Positions 7,508-16,602 of a stretch of DNA of 64,000 nucleotides are shown here, piece after piece. Each line of letters opens with the position of its first letter. Positions within the stretch are counted from its first letter, which is position 1. Under the pieces are notes generated by a model. The model had not been told where the DNA came from. It ran no database searches and saw only the letters and a program-made list of their open reading frames with translations. The stretch is from the NCBI GenBank assembly GCA_963678065.2, contig CAXXVZ010000005.1, positions 1,152,001-1,216,000 on the forward strand, given 5' to 3'. The stretch comes from Treponemataceae bacterium. Lineage in GTDB: Bacteria; Spirochaetota; Spirochaetia; Treponematales; Rectinemataceae. A program made the position numbers and the translations under genes.

Positions 7508-8359
7508 TTACGTACTCAGTTCGGTGGCCGTAGTTCGCATGGATTTCGATACGCTCTCCAGCTTCCTGTCGGTCATTAATCCAACATTGAACTCTTCTCC
7601 CCTCGTCAACATGGACCACACAATCTTCGACAGCTTCCGTGCCGTCGCAATAATCGTTTTCCCTGTGCCCTTCATCCTCTTCATCGACTCATACCCTTCC
7701 ATCAGTCGCCACGATGGAGTTCTTCGACTTCGCCTCATCCCTATGACCACCTGCACAAGCGCAGTCCTCAATTCTTCCGATCCACGCTTCGTTATCCTTC
7801 CGTAGTGTTCCGTCTGATTCGAACACTGCACCCACGGCGCTAATCCAGCATACGATGCGTACTTCTTATAACTCGAAAATCGCCCTATCTCGTCCATATA
7901 CGCCCGGATCGCCCATGCCGTTATCGACCCACATCCAGGTATCGTCTCTAGAAGTTCAACCATCTTGTCATTCACCATGAGCTTCTCGATCTCAACCTCG
8001 ATCGTCTTGACGTTCTCCGTAAGCCGATCTATCGTCTCAAACAGCGGTTGGACTACGAGTCCGCTTCCCGCTCCTGCGAGGTGTCCAGTATCGTCTGGCG
8101 CCCTCACGAGGGTGCTCCGGACTTTCAATAGCCGCCTGAGCTGCTCGCTCGTTTCTGAACACAGGTTCGCTTCGGGCAGGATATCCTTCGACAAAAACTC
8201 TGCGATCGTCGCGGCGTCATGGGTATCCGTCTTCTTCACGGATTCAGTGATCACCTTGAACTTCATCGTGTTGATCACCACCACCGGATACCCCTTCATC
8301 TCCACTCGATGCTTGAAGTACCTCGTGTTCCCCGTCGATTCCCCTTGCGTTTGTCTCAT
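7508..8359 (-). pseudogene. IS110-family transposase remnant, N-terminally truncated with probable internal deletion
   Basis: ESTGNTRYF, KKTDTHDAATIA, LLETIPGCGSITA, SYAGLAP...S...GRITKRGSEELRTAL, IATARKL motifs; first RuvC aspartate (GxD) missing; coiled-coil region short. Confidence 0.8.
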
Positions 8360-8431
8360 ACAAACGTCTCATAGTGAAAATCGGGACACGTGCGCCGGTT
8401 GTCCGGTAGCAGTGTATTTTACTGTCTCATA
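8353..8431. repeat. Three GTCTCATA direct repeats next to the tRNA 3' end
   Basis: GTCTCATA at 8353-8360, 8366-8373 and 8424-8431. Confidence 0.7.
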
Positions 8432-8443
8432 AAGAATTAATTC

Positions 8444-8517
8444 TGGGCCCTGCTGGACTTGAACCAGCGACCGACGGATTATGAGTCCGCAGCTCTAACC
8501 AACTGAGCTAAGGGCCC
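8444..8517 (-). tRNA. tRNA-Ile2 (anticodon CAT, lysidine type); CCA not encoded
   Basis: GGGCCCTTAGCTCAGTTGGTTAGAGCTGCGGACT-CAT-AATCCGTCGGTCGCTGGTTCAAGTCCAGCAGGGCCCA folds as a cloverleaf; resembles Ile2 rather than Met tRNAs. Confidence 0.88.
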
Positions 8518-8641
8518 GAAAGGCGTTTCCATAAATACACAAGAGGTGGAAAAAGTCAACGGAGGCAGTGAATCCGGACGAGCCAAGTCCGGATCAGGGC
8601 CTGACCGCGGGCTCCCGCAGGCCCGCGGCCAATCAGCCGCA

Positions 8642-9130
8642 CTATTTCGCGGCGGCGAAAGCTTCTTTGTTCCTGATGATGTACTTTTCGTGAAAATCCG
8701 CATGCCCGCGATACAGCTCGACGACATCGGAAAGTTTCATGGGGCCCCTCTGCGGGTGGACGATTCCCGAGGCTTCCCACTCGGCATCGGAAAGATTCCG
8801 CAGGCTGCCCGCGATGAAGGCGCGGAGACCTTTGGCGATCTGGAGACATTTTTTGCCGTCATCGAGGCTGTATTTCAGTTTGCTGCGCCATGCTTCCTGG
8901 TCCCACACAGGGACAGTGATGCCGGATTCCGCCACGGCTCCACGGACCCGGAATACGAGATTGGAATCCGCGTCAAGAAGGTGGACAAGATGCTCATTGA
9001 TCGACCAGGCGCTATCCACGGCAGGAACAAAGGAAAGCTCGGCGTCAGAAATGTTAGAAACCAGGGCTTCGATTCGGAAATACGCATTCTCGAAAGCATC
9101 CACAAGGGACATTTTTTCGGCATAGGTCAT
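8642..9130 (-). CDS. DinB/YfiT-like protein
   Basis: WSINEHLVHLLD...GIVHPQRGPM...GHADFH His triad pattern; GGAGG RBS. Confidence 0.8.
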   Translation of the reverse strand: MTYAEKMSLVDAFENAYFRIEALVSNISDAELSFVPAVDSAWSINEHLVHLLDADSNLVFRVRGAVAESGITVPVWDQEAWRSKLKYSLDDGKKCLQIAKGLRAFIAGSLRNLSDAEWEASGIVHPQRGPMKLSDVVELYRGHADFHEKYIIRNKEAFAAAK

Positions 9131-9307
9131 GTGTTTCCTCCCGGAAGATATGTTGATCGTATAATAAAGCGCCCCGTCGGATTTGGATACCCTGGCGGGG
9201 CGCTCTCGTTGCCTATCGGAAAAGATCCTTTGAGCCGAAAGTCCGGTTTCGTTCCCTGCTGACTATCGGTCGGGAGCCTGGTTTCAGACTCCGCTTCGGG
9301 TTTCTCT

Positions 9308-10147
9308 TCAGGCTCCGACGGCCACCTTCTTCACGGCGCCTGTGATGTCGCTCTGGATCAGCTTGTAGCACTTTGCGGGACACTTCTCGATGCAGAGACC
9401 GCAGCTCGTGCACTTCGAATAGTCGGTGACGGGGATGCCGTTCACCATGCTTATGCACTTTTCCGGGCACTGCTTGACGCAGATCTCGCACTTGATGCAG
9501 CCGACGGAGCAGCTCTTCTTGACGTTGGGTTTGATCACGTTGCGGTTGGAGCAGAGGACGACAGAGCCCTTCCGATCGCGCGGAATCATGGTGAAGAGTT
9601 TCTGCGGGCACTCTTCGGCGCACATGCCGCACCCGGTGCAGTTGTCGTAGTTTACGTGAGGCAGGCCGTTCTCGCCCATGGAGAGAGCGTCGAACTTGCA
9701 CACGGCCACACAGTCGCCGAAGCCCTGGCAGCCCCAGGCGCAGTGCTTGACGCCGCCCGCAGAGAGCTTGGCGCCACGGCAAGTCTTGACGCCGACGTAT
9801 TCGCCCTTGTCGGGAGCCCTGTCTTTGCTGCCCTGACAGGTGAGAACCGAGACAACCGGAATCGATACGGCGCTGACGCCGACGATCTTCGCGATGGCTT
9901 CCGCAGCGCCGGAACCGCCGGGGGCGCACTTGTTGGGCGGAGCCTTGCCGGCGGCCACAGCCTCGGCGTAGCCGTCGCAGCCGGGATAGCCGCAGCCACC
10001 GCAGTTGACGCCGGGCAGGGCGGCGCGCACCTCGTCGATCTTGGGATCGCGAAGCACCTTGAACTTTTCCCCGAAGAAACCGAGCGACGTGCCGAGCACG
10101 AAGGCAAGGACGGCCGAGAAGACGAGGGTGATCAGAATGATGGTCAT
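9308..10147 (-). CDS. rnfB: Rnf complex subunit B (polyferredoxin)
   Basis: LPGVNCGGCGYPGC plus several CxxCxxC...CP clusters; operon context. Confidence 0.93.
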   Translation of the reverse strand: MTIILITLVFSAVLAFVLGTSLGFFGEKFKVLRDPKIDEVRAALPGVNCGGCGYPGCDGYAEAVAAGKAPPNKCAPGGSGAAEAIAKIVGVSAVSIPVVSVLTCQGSKDRAPDKGEYVGVKTCRGAKLSAGGVKHCAWGCQGFGDCVAVCKFDALSMGENGLPHVNYDNCTGCGMCAEECPQKLFTMIPRDRKGSVVLCSNRNVIKPNVKKSCSVGCIKCEICVKQCPEKCISMVNGIPVTDYSKCTSCGLCIEKCPAKCYKLIQSDITGAVKKVAVGA

Positions 10148-10162
10148 GGTCTTTTCCTTACC

Positions 10163-10738
10163 TTATTTCATCAGGCCCGAGAAGCCCATGAAGGCCATGG
10201 CGATGAGGCTCGTCGTGGCGAACAGGATCGGCGTTCCCTGAAGGAACTTCGGAATGGGGCTCGTCTTGATGCGCTCGCGGATGCCGGCTAGGAGGACCAT
10301 CGCGAGGAGGTACCCGATGGAGACGGCGATCGCGTACACGATCGACTCGATGAAGGTGAACTTGTTGGAGATGTTCTCGAAGGTGACCGCGAGGATGGCA
10401 CAGTTGGTCGTGATGAGGGGGAGATAGATGCCCATCGCCGCGTAGAGACCCGGAACGTTCTTCTTAAGGTAGAACTCGACGAGTTGGACCAGGGAGGCGA
10501 TGACGAGGATGAAGACAAGGATCTGCAGGAACCCAAGGTTGAGGGGCACGAGGATGAAGTGGTAGATGGGCCAGGTCGCCGCGGTCGCGAGGACGGTCAC
10601 GAAGGTGACCGCAAAGCCCATACCTACGGACTGGCCGACATCGCTCGTCATTCCGATGTAAGAACACAGGGCGATGAAGCGCATGAGGACGATATTGTTT
10701 ATCAGAAGGGCGATTATGAAAATTCTGATGAGGTTCAT
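10163..10738 (-). CDS. rnfA: Rnf complex subunit A
   Basis: FILVIASLVQLVE...GIYLPLITTNCAIL; start set at MNLIR. Confidence 0.93.
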   Translation of the reverse strand: MNLIRIFIIALLINNIVLMRFIALCSYIGMTSDVGQSVGMGFAVTFVTVLATAATWPIYHFILVPLNLGFLQILVFILVIASLVQLVEFYLKKNVPGLYAAMGIYLPLITTNCAILAVTFENISNKFTFIESIVYAIAVSIGYLLAMVLLAGIRERIKTSPIPKFLQGTPILFATTSLIAMAFMGFSGLMK

Positions 10739-11370
10739 GCCGCTTTCTCCTTGGATACGGCCGTGGCGGCCGGTTTGGCCGTGACGCCCTTCAGCCAAAG
10801 GTTAAACGAAATGAAAAGGGCGAAGACGAGGAATCCGCCGGGCGGAAGGATGAAAAAAAGGATGGGCTGGAAAGATTCAGGCATGATCTGTATGCCTGCG
10901 ACCGTTCCGTTGCCGAGAAGTTCCCGGATGGCGGCTATGCCCATGAGGACCCACGTATAACCGAGACCCATTCCGAAAGAATCAAATATCGCCGGCAGGA
11001 CTTTCTCCTTGGAAGCGAAGGCCTCGACGCGGCCCATGATGATGCAGTTGACGACGATGAGAGGGATGAAGACGCCCATGCTCTTGGAGAGTTCCGGGAA
11101 ATAGGCCTTCATGACGAAATCCACCATCGTGGTGAATGCGGCGATGATGATGATGAAGATGGGCATCCGGGCCTGGTTCGGAATCACCTTCCGGAAAAGG
11201 GAGATGAAAATCTCCGAAAAAAGGAGCACGAAGGTCATCGCGAGGCCCATTCCGATACCGTTCGAGACGTTCGTCGTGACGGCGAGGGCGGAACAGAGGC
11301 CGATCATCAGCATGAGCAGGGGATTTTCCGAAACCAGCCCCGCCATGAATATTTTCAAGAGTCGCTTCAT
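10735..11370 (-). CDS. rnfE: Rnf complex subunit E
   Basis: ENP...GLCSALAVT; GVFIPLIVVNCIIMGR; LPPGGF. Confidence 0.93.
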   Translation of the reverse strand: MKRLLKIFMAGLVSENPLLMLMIGLCSALAVTTNVSNGIGMGLAMTFVLLFSEIFISLFRKVIPNQARMPIFIIIIAAFTTMVDFVMKAYFPELSKSMGVFIPLIVVNCIIMGRVEAFASKEKVLPAIFDSFGMGLGYTWVLMGIAAIRELLGNGTVAGIQIMPESFQPILFFILPPGGFLVFALFISFNLWLKGVTAKPAATAVSKEKAA

Positions 11371-11371
11371 T

Positions 11372-12049
11372 TCATTTTCCTCCCGCGGGTTTGGCTATCG
11401 TCGGAGTACCGGATGCCGTGCCGGCAGCCTGCGCGCCTGCAGCCAGACCGCCGGAAGCCGCCAAGGCCGTGTCGAGCCAAGCGGCGGCAGCGTCGCCGGC
11501 TGTCTTGACGAGCTTGGTGAGCGCCTTGCTGGTTATCGTCGACGCGGTGATCGCAACGACGTCCTTCTTGACCTCGAAGGGGTCGGAGAGCGCCTTTCCG
11601 GTGAACTGTCCGGGGAAGGTTTTCTTGGCCGATTTGTCGACGAAGTAGCTTGGGTTGACGGCGTTGGCGCCGAGCCCTGGCGTGTCCTTGGTATCGAGGA
11701 TGCGGGCCCCGGAGAGCGTCTTGTCCGCCTTGATGCCGACGAGGACGGAGGCGTCGCCGCCATAGCTGGGCCCGCGGGCTTTCACCGCCGCGCCGATCAC
11801 GGTGCCCGCCTTCTTGACGGAGTAGGCCGCGTCGAACTTGATGTTCGGGTCAGGCGAGGTCATGGAAGCGGTGATGTCCTCGAAGGTTTCGGCGTCGGGG
11901 AAGAGCCCTTTGAGGGAGTCCTGGAGCTGAAGGGCGGCCTGAGCGTCGATCTTCTCCGATGTCACCGAATAGACGACGGCGAGCGCAACGCAGGCCGCCG
12001 CCGCGAAAATGGCCAGGATGAGGCCGAGTCGTACAATACCTTTCATCAT
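11372..12049 (-). CDS. rnfG: Rnf complex subunit G (FMN-binding)
   Basis: N-terminal TM; DTPGLG; AITASTITS at the flavinylation-motif position. Confidence 0.9.
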   Translation of the reverse strand: MMKGIVRLGLILAIFAAAACVALAVVYSVTSEKIDAQAALQLQDSLKGLFPDAETFEDITASMTSPDPNIKFDAAYSVKKAGTVIGAAVKARGPSYGGDASVLVGIKADKTLSGARILDTKDTPGLGANAVNPSYFVDKSAKKTFPGQFTGKALSDPFEVKKDVVAITASTITSKALTKLVKTAGDAAAAWLDTALAASGGLAAGAQAAGTASGTPTIAKPAGGK

Positions 12050-13065
12050 TTGACGGCCTCCGCGGCGGCCTTCGCTGCCGGTTTTTGGGGAGCCGGCGGA
12101 ACGAACCCGTATTTCCTGACGCGCATCTTGTTGAGGAAGGGGACTACCATGTTCATGATGAGGATGGCGTAGGTCACTCCCTCGGGGAAGGCGCCGAACT
12201 TGCGGATCACGGCGATAAGCAGCCCGATCGCGATACCGAAGATAAGTTTTCCCTGCGGTGTCATCGGGCTCGAGGAATAGTCGGTGGCCATGAAGAAAGC
12301 GCCGAAGACCACACCGCCTGTCAGAACGGAGAAGAGCGGGTCCATGCCGAGGAGGAAAGAAAAAAGCGCGGTCGACAGGATGACGCTGACAGGGATGATG
12401 AACTGGATGACGCCGATCGCGATCAGGAAGAGCCCACCGATCAGGATGAGGAGGATGGAACTCTCACCCAGGGATCCCGAGCGGTTGCCGAGGAAGAGCT
12501 GCCAGTACATGGCGCCCACGTCCTTGGCTCCGAGTCCTGCGGCGACATCGGCGATGCTCGCTCCCTGTTTTACCAGGTTGAGGGGGGTCGCCATGGTCAC
12601 CGCGTCGGTGACGACGGCGAGGGACTGTGGCCGCATCCAGGTGGTGACCGCCGCCGGGAAGCTCATGAGCATGAAGGCGCGTCCGGAGAGGGCGGGGTTG
12701 AAGGGATTGGCCCCGATTCCGCCGAAGAACTCCTTCGCGACGACGATTGCGAAGATTGCGCCCAAAGCTCCCATCCAGAGCGGAGTCGTCGGAGGAAGCA
12801 CGAGGGCGAGAAGAAGTCCGGTCACCACCGCGGAGAGGTCGGAAACCGTCGTAGTGGCCTTGACGGCCTTGCGGAACACGAACTCAGCGGCAACGGCGGA
12901 AGCCACGCAGACGAGCACGAGGCCGAGGGCTGAAAGGCCATAGAGGTATATTCCATATCCCGTGGCAGGTACGAGGGCGATGACGACCGAGAGCATGATA
13001 CGGTTGGTCGCGATCGGCGAGAACGCGTGAGGGCTGGAGGAGAGGAGCATGCCTTTACCGGGCAT
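12046..13065 (-). CDS. rnfD: Rnf complex subunit D
   Basis: SSSPH; KEFFGGIGANPFNPAL; TMATPL; FFMATDYSSSP; start set at MPGKG after AGGAGG. Confidence 0.93.
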   Translation of the reverse strand: MPGKGMLLSSSPHAFSPIATNRIMLSVVIALVPATGYGIYLYGLSALGLVLVCVASAVAAEFVFRKAVKATTTVSDLSAVVTGLLLALVLPPTTPLWMGALGAIFAIVVAKEFFGGIGANPFNPALSGRAFMLMSFPAAVTTWMRPQSLAVVTDAVTMATPLNLVKQGASIADVAAGLGAKDVGAMYWQLFLGNRSGSLGESSILLILIGGLFLIAIGVIQFIIPVSVILSTALFSFLLGMDPLFSVLTGGVVFGAFFMATDYSSSPMTPQGKLIFGIAIGLLIAVIRKFGAFPEGVTYAILIMNMVVPFLNKMRVRKYGFVPPAPQKPAAKAAAEAVK

Positions 13066-14410
13066 TCTGGGCCTCCTTTTGTTTGATTGTCCTGAGGATC
13101 TGCTTGCCGACGCGGAAGCGCTGGACGAGTTGGCGGTGTGCGGGACAGACGAAGGAGCAGGTGCCACACTCGATGCAGTCGAGCAGTCCGATCTTCTCGG
13201 CTTCGGCATAGTTGCCGGACTCGATCGCTACGGCGAGGAGGGCGGGCGAGAGGCGGCAGGCGCAGGCGCGCATACAGCGACCGCAGCGGATGCAGGGCTG
13301 TTCCTCGTAGTAGGCGCCCTCGGCGGCGTTCATGAACAAGACGCCGGAGGTGTTCTTCTGCACGGGAATCGCGTGGGTGGAGACGGCGACGCCCATCATG
13401 GGACCGCCGAAGATGATGCGGCGCACGGCATCCTCGCCGATCTTGACGACGCCGGAGGCCACGATGTCGGAGACGAGAGTTCCGATGGGTGCGACGACGT
13501 TTTTAGGCTCGGTGCAGGCGCCGCCGGAGATGGTGAGTCCGCGCTCGATGAGGGGCTTTCCGTCCCTGAACGCGTCGACGAGGGCGCAGAGGGTCCCGAT
13601 GTTCTGGACGACGCAGCCGACGTCCATGGGGAGGCCGCCGGAGGGGACTTCGCGGCCGGTCAGGGCCGTGATAAGCATCTTTTCTCCGCCCTGGGGGTAT
13701 TTGGTCTTGAGAAGCCGGACTTTGATGTCCAAGCCGCGCCTACTCTCAGAGACCGCCTTCTCGAGGAGGGGGATGGCGTGGAGCTTGTTCTCCTCGATGG
13801 CGATGATGCCTTTGGGCGCGCCAACGATTTTCATCGTGATCGCGACGCCTTCGACGACATCGGCGGGCCGCTCCATGAGAGTCCGTTCATCGATGGTGAG
13901 GTAGGGCTCGCACTCGGCGCCGTTGGCGATGACGGTGCTGATGGGCTTGGGAGGTGCCAGCTTGACGGCCGCGGGGAATCCCGCGCCGCCCATGCCGACA
14001 ATGCCGGCGGCCCTGACGCGGGCGAGAGCCACTTCCTTCGTGCAGGAAAAGGCGTCAAGGGCAGGCATGAAGTCGATGGCATCGGCGCCTTCGGCATCGG
14101 CGGGAAGCCGCTCGATGACGATGCAGGTGCCGTCGATATTGTTGCTCTGGATTCTCGGCTCGATCTTTTTGACCACGCCCGCGATGGAGGCATGGACGGG
14201 AACCGTCATTCGCCCCTCGGCGTCGGCGATTTTCTGGCCGCGCTTGACAATGTCGCCAACCTTGACGAGTGGCTGGAGAGGGGCGCCGAAATGCTGGTTG
14301 ACGGGGATTACGACCTGCTGGATGTCCTGAATGTACTCTACCGGCAGACTACTTGTACGGTCCTTGTGCTCGGGCGGATGTGCGCCGCCCCTGAACGTCT
14401 TTGCTGGCAT
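13055..14410 (-). CDS. rnfC: Rnf complex subunit C
   Basis: TFRGGAHPPEHK; GIVGMGGAGFP; NGAECEPYLTID; KYPQGGEK; CIRCGRC and CIECGTCSFVCP. Confidence 0.95.
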   Translation of the reverse strand: MPAKTFRGGAHPPEHKDRTSSLPVEYIQDIQQVVIPVNQHFGAPLQPLVKVGDIVKRGQKIADAEGRMTVPVHASIAGVVKKIEPRIQSNNIDGTCIVIERLPADAEGADAIDFMPALDAFSCTKEVALARVRAAGIVGMGGAGFPAAVKLAPPKPISTVIANGAECEPYLTIDERTLMERPADVVEGVAITMKIVGAPKGIIAIEENKLHAIPLLEKAVSESRRGLDIKVRLLKTKYPQGGEKMLITALTGREVPSGGLPMDVGCVVQNIGTLCALVDAFRDGKPLIERGLTISGGACTEPKNVVAPIGTLVSDIVASGVVKIGEDAVRRIIFGGPMMGVAVSTHAIPVQKNTSGVLFMNAAEGAYYEEQPCIRCGRCMRACACRLSPALLAVAIESGNYAEAEKIGLLDCIECGTCSFVCPAHRQLVQRFRVGKQILRTIKQKEAQNAR

Positions 14411-14508
14411 GGCGAAAAGGGTCTCCTTTGCCTCAGGTGAACAGTATTCCGGGATCATAGCATGATCCGGAGTCCTGGCGCATACGTGAAGTGATGTGGA
14501 ATCGACAC

Positions 14509-14537
14509 ATCCTAGCCGCTTTTCAAACACCGGTCAA
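14509..14537 (-). promoter_or_regulatory. sigma70-type promoter for the rnf operon
   Basis: Minus strand TTGACC-17 bp-TAGGAT. Confidence 0.55.
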
Positions 14538-14582
14538 GGAAAAAGAAAAATAAATCTATATCCTGTAATTAAATCGATATTT

Positions 14583-15692
14583 CTATATCCATTTCTTTTT
14601 CCTGAAATAGAACAATTCCCCGACCGCGACGAGGGCCATGGCTCCGAGAATGACCGGATATCCCCATGTTTTTTCCAGCTCAGGCATGAATTTGAAGTTC
14701 ATTCCATAAACGCCGGCAATAAACGTGAGGGGGATGAATATCGTCGAGATGATCGTCAGGACCTTCATGACCTCGCCCATGCGGTTGTTCACGGAAGAAA
14801 GATAGATATCGACGAGGCCAGCCGTGTATTCGCGGTAGGTTTCGAGAGCTTCTATGCTCTGCACCGTGTTTTCGTGGAGATCGCGCAGATACGGGGAGAG
14901 CTCGGCTCCGATCTGTTCCGTGTCGAGCCGCATCAGAGTGCTCACCATGTCCCGGACAGGCCAGACGGTCCTGCGCATACGGAGAAATTCGGCCTTTATT
15001 TCCTGGAGCCCGACCATGAACTGTCGGGATTCGGCGGCCTCCGTAGCCATGGTCTCGTATGTTTCGAGCCGGTCTCCGAGGTTCTCGAGCACGACAAAGT
15101 AATTGTCGACGATGAGGTCGAGAAGCGCGTACATGAGATAATCGGCGCCTTTCTGTCGGAGGCGTCCGAGACCCGAAACGATGCGGTCGCGCACCTGTTT
15201 GAAGCAGTCACCCGGTCTTTCCTGAATGGTGACGACCGTGTTCCCTTTCAGGATAAAGCTGACCTGCTCGTAGTCGATCTCCCCGGCATCCTGGAGGGTC
15301 AGCATCTTGATGATTATGAAAACATGATCGGAAAATGTCTCGATCTTGGGGCGGTGTTTTGTGTTGAGAATGTCTTCGATGACAAGGGGATGGATGCCGA
15401 GGTACCCGCAGATGGACTCGACCGCTCCGCCGGAAAGTCCGTTGATGTTGATCCAGTTGATCCTGTCCGCGCTGAGCAAGTCTATGAGAATGGGGGCAGC
15501 CACGGGGCACTCCATGCGCCAGGACTGCTGATCGTACGAATAGAGAGAAAGAGTCGCTCTCGTGGGTTCGGTATCCCCGATATAGACGGCGGAGCCCGGA
15601 GGCAGTCCGGCCGTTTCGTCGGAAACGCCAACGAAGGGGACGACGCGATTCCGTTTGGGCAGGGCTGCGTGCTGTCTTTTCTTGCGCCTCAT
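14583..15692 (-). CDS. corA: Magnesium/cobalt transporter CorA
   Basis: GLPPGS..YIG; HPLVIEDILN...RPK; AGVYGMNF..MPEL signature. Confidence 0.93.
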   Translation of the reverse strand: MRRKKRQHAALPKRNRVVPFVGVSDETAGLPPGSAVYIGDTEPTRATLSLYSYDQQSWRMECPVAAPILIDLLSADRINWININGLSGGAVESICGYLGIHPLVIEDILNTKHRPKIETFSDHVFIIIKMLTLQDAGEIDYEQVSFILKGNTVVTIQERPGDCFKQVRDRIVSGLGRLRQKGADYLMYALLDLIVDNYFVVLENLGDRLETYETMATEAAESRQFMVGLQEIKAEFLRMRRTVWPVRDMVSTLMRLDTEQIGAELSPYLRDLHENTVQSIEALETYREYTAGLVDIYLSSVNNRMGEVMKVLTIISTIFIPLTFIAGVYGMNFKFMPELEKTWGYPVILGAMALVAVGELFYFRKKKWI

Positions 15693-15853
15693 GGACACCT
15701 CCCGCGTCGCTGCCCGACACTGAGCATCGATGGAGGGATTGTACAGGCTGCACTACAAAAAAGAAACCTTCCCGCCGGATTGCGCCGGGGAAAGGTTTCT
15801 TTCAGGAATCGGTGTCCAGAAGCCGACATTCGCGGCGTGCCTGGACACGTGCT

Positions 15854-16573
15854 CTAGACGCGGCCCCGGAACATGACGCGGACCTGCTTGTAGAGTCCCT
15901 CGCCCTCGCTCTTTGTCTCGATATCGACGATATCGTTGAGCGTCGTGTGGATGATGCGCCTCTCGAAGGGGTTCATGGGTTCGAGGAGCACCGAACGGCT
16001 CGTGCGGCGGACCTGTTCGGCCGACTCGTAGGCGATGCGGACAAGGGCCTCCTCGCGGCGGATGCGGTAGTTTTCGGAATCCAGGATGATCCGCATGTCC
16101 TCGCGGCCGAGGCGGCCCACGTAGACATTGGCCAGAAGCTGGAGAGCGTCGAGGTTCTTGCCCTTCTTGCCGATGATGATCGACGCGTGCTCGCTCTCGA
16201 TCCGGATCCCGAGTTTCTTCTCTTCCCGGAAAAGTACGGCGACCTGGCAATCATAGCCCATTCCCAGAATGATCTTGCGGGTGAACTCGAGAATCTTTTC
16301 CTCGAACTCGTCGGCCGGCATAGGATCGGCGACGGGCGCCCTCGGCCTTTCCGGAACTTCACGCGAGCCCTGCCAGTCATCCGCGGATTTCACGGCGGCG
16401 GGAGCGGGGACGTCCTGGGTATGGACGCGGATTTTTACCCGTCCTTTCTTGAAAATGCCGCCTGCCTGGGATTCGAGGATTTCGACATCGAAGCCATCCC
16501 GCTCAAGGCCGAGCTGTTCAGCCGCCGCATCGATGGCTTCCTTCTCGGTCCTCCCTTCAAACTCGTACATCAT
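15854..16573 (-). CDS. jag: Jag/EloR (KH + R3H) RNA-binding protein
   Basis: IIGKKGKNLDALQ; LEPMNPFERRIIH; SEGEG; follows yidC. Confidence 0.92.
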   Translation of the reverse strand: MMYEFEGRTEKEAIDAAAEQLGLERDGFDVEILESQAGGIFKKGRVKIRVHTQDVPAPAAVKSADDWQGSREVPERPRAPVADPMPADEFEEKILEFTRKIILGMGYDCQVAVLFREEKKLGIRIESEHASIIIGKKGKNLDALQLLANVYVGRLGREDMRIILDSENYRIRREEALVRIAYESAEQVRRTSRSVLLEPMNPFERRIIHTTLNDIVDIETKSEGEGLYKQVRVMFRGRV

Positions 16574-16602
16574 ATGATTTTTCTCCTAACTAGAGAGGGT
16601 TT

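Noticed and set aside
8444..8517. tRNA-Met call for the CAT anticodon
   Set aside because: Paired G1-C72 and no GGG/CCC anticodon stem exclude initiator Met; overall sequence resembles Ile2. Elongator Met is not fully excluded without a covariance model.
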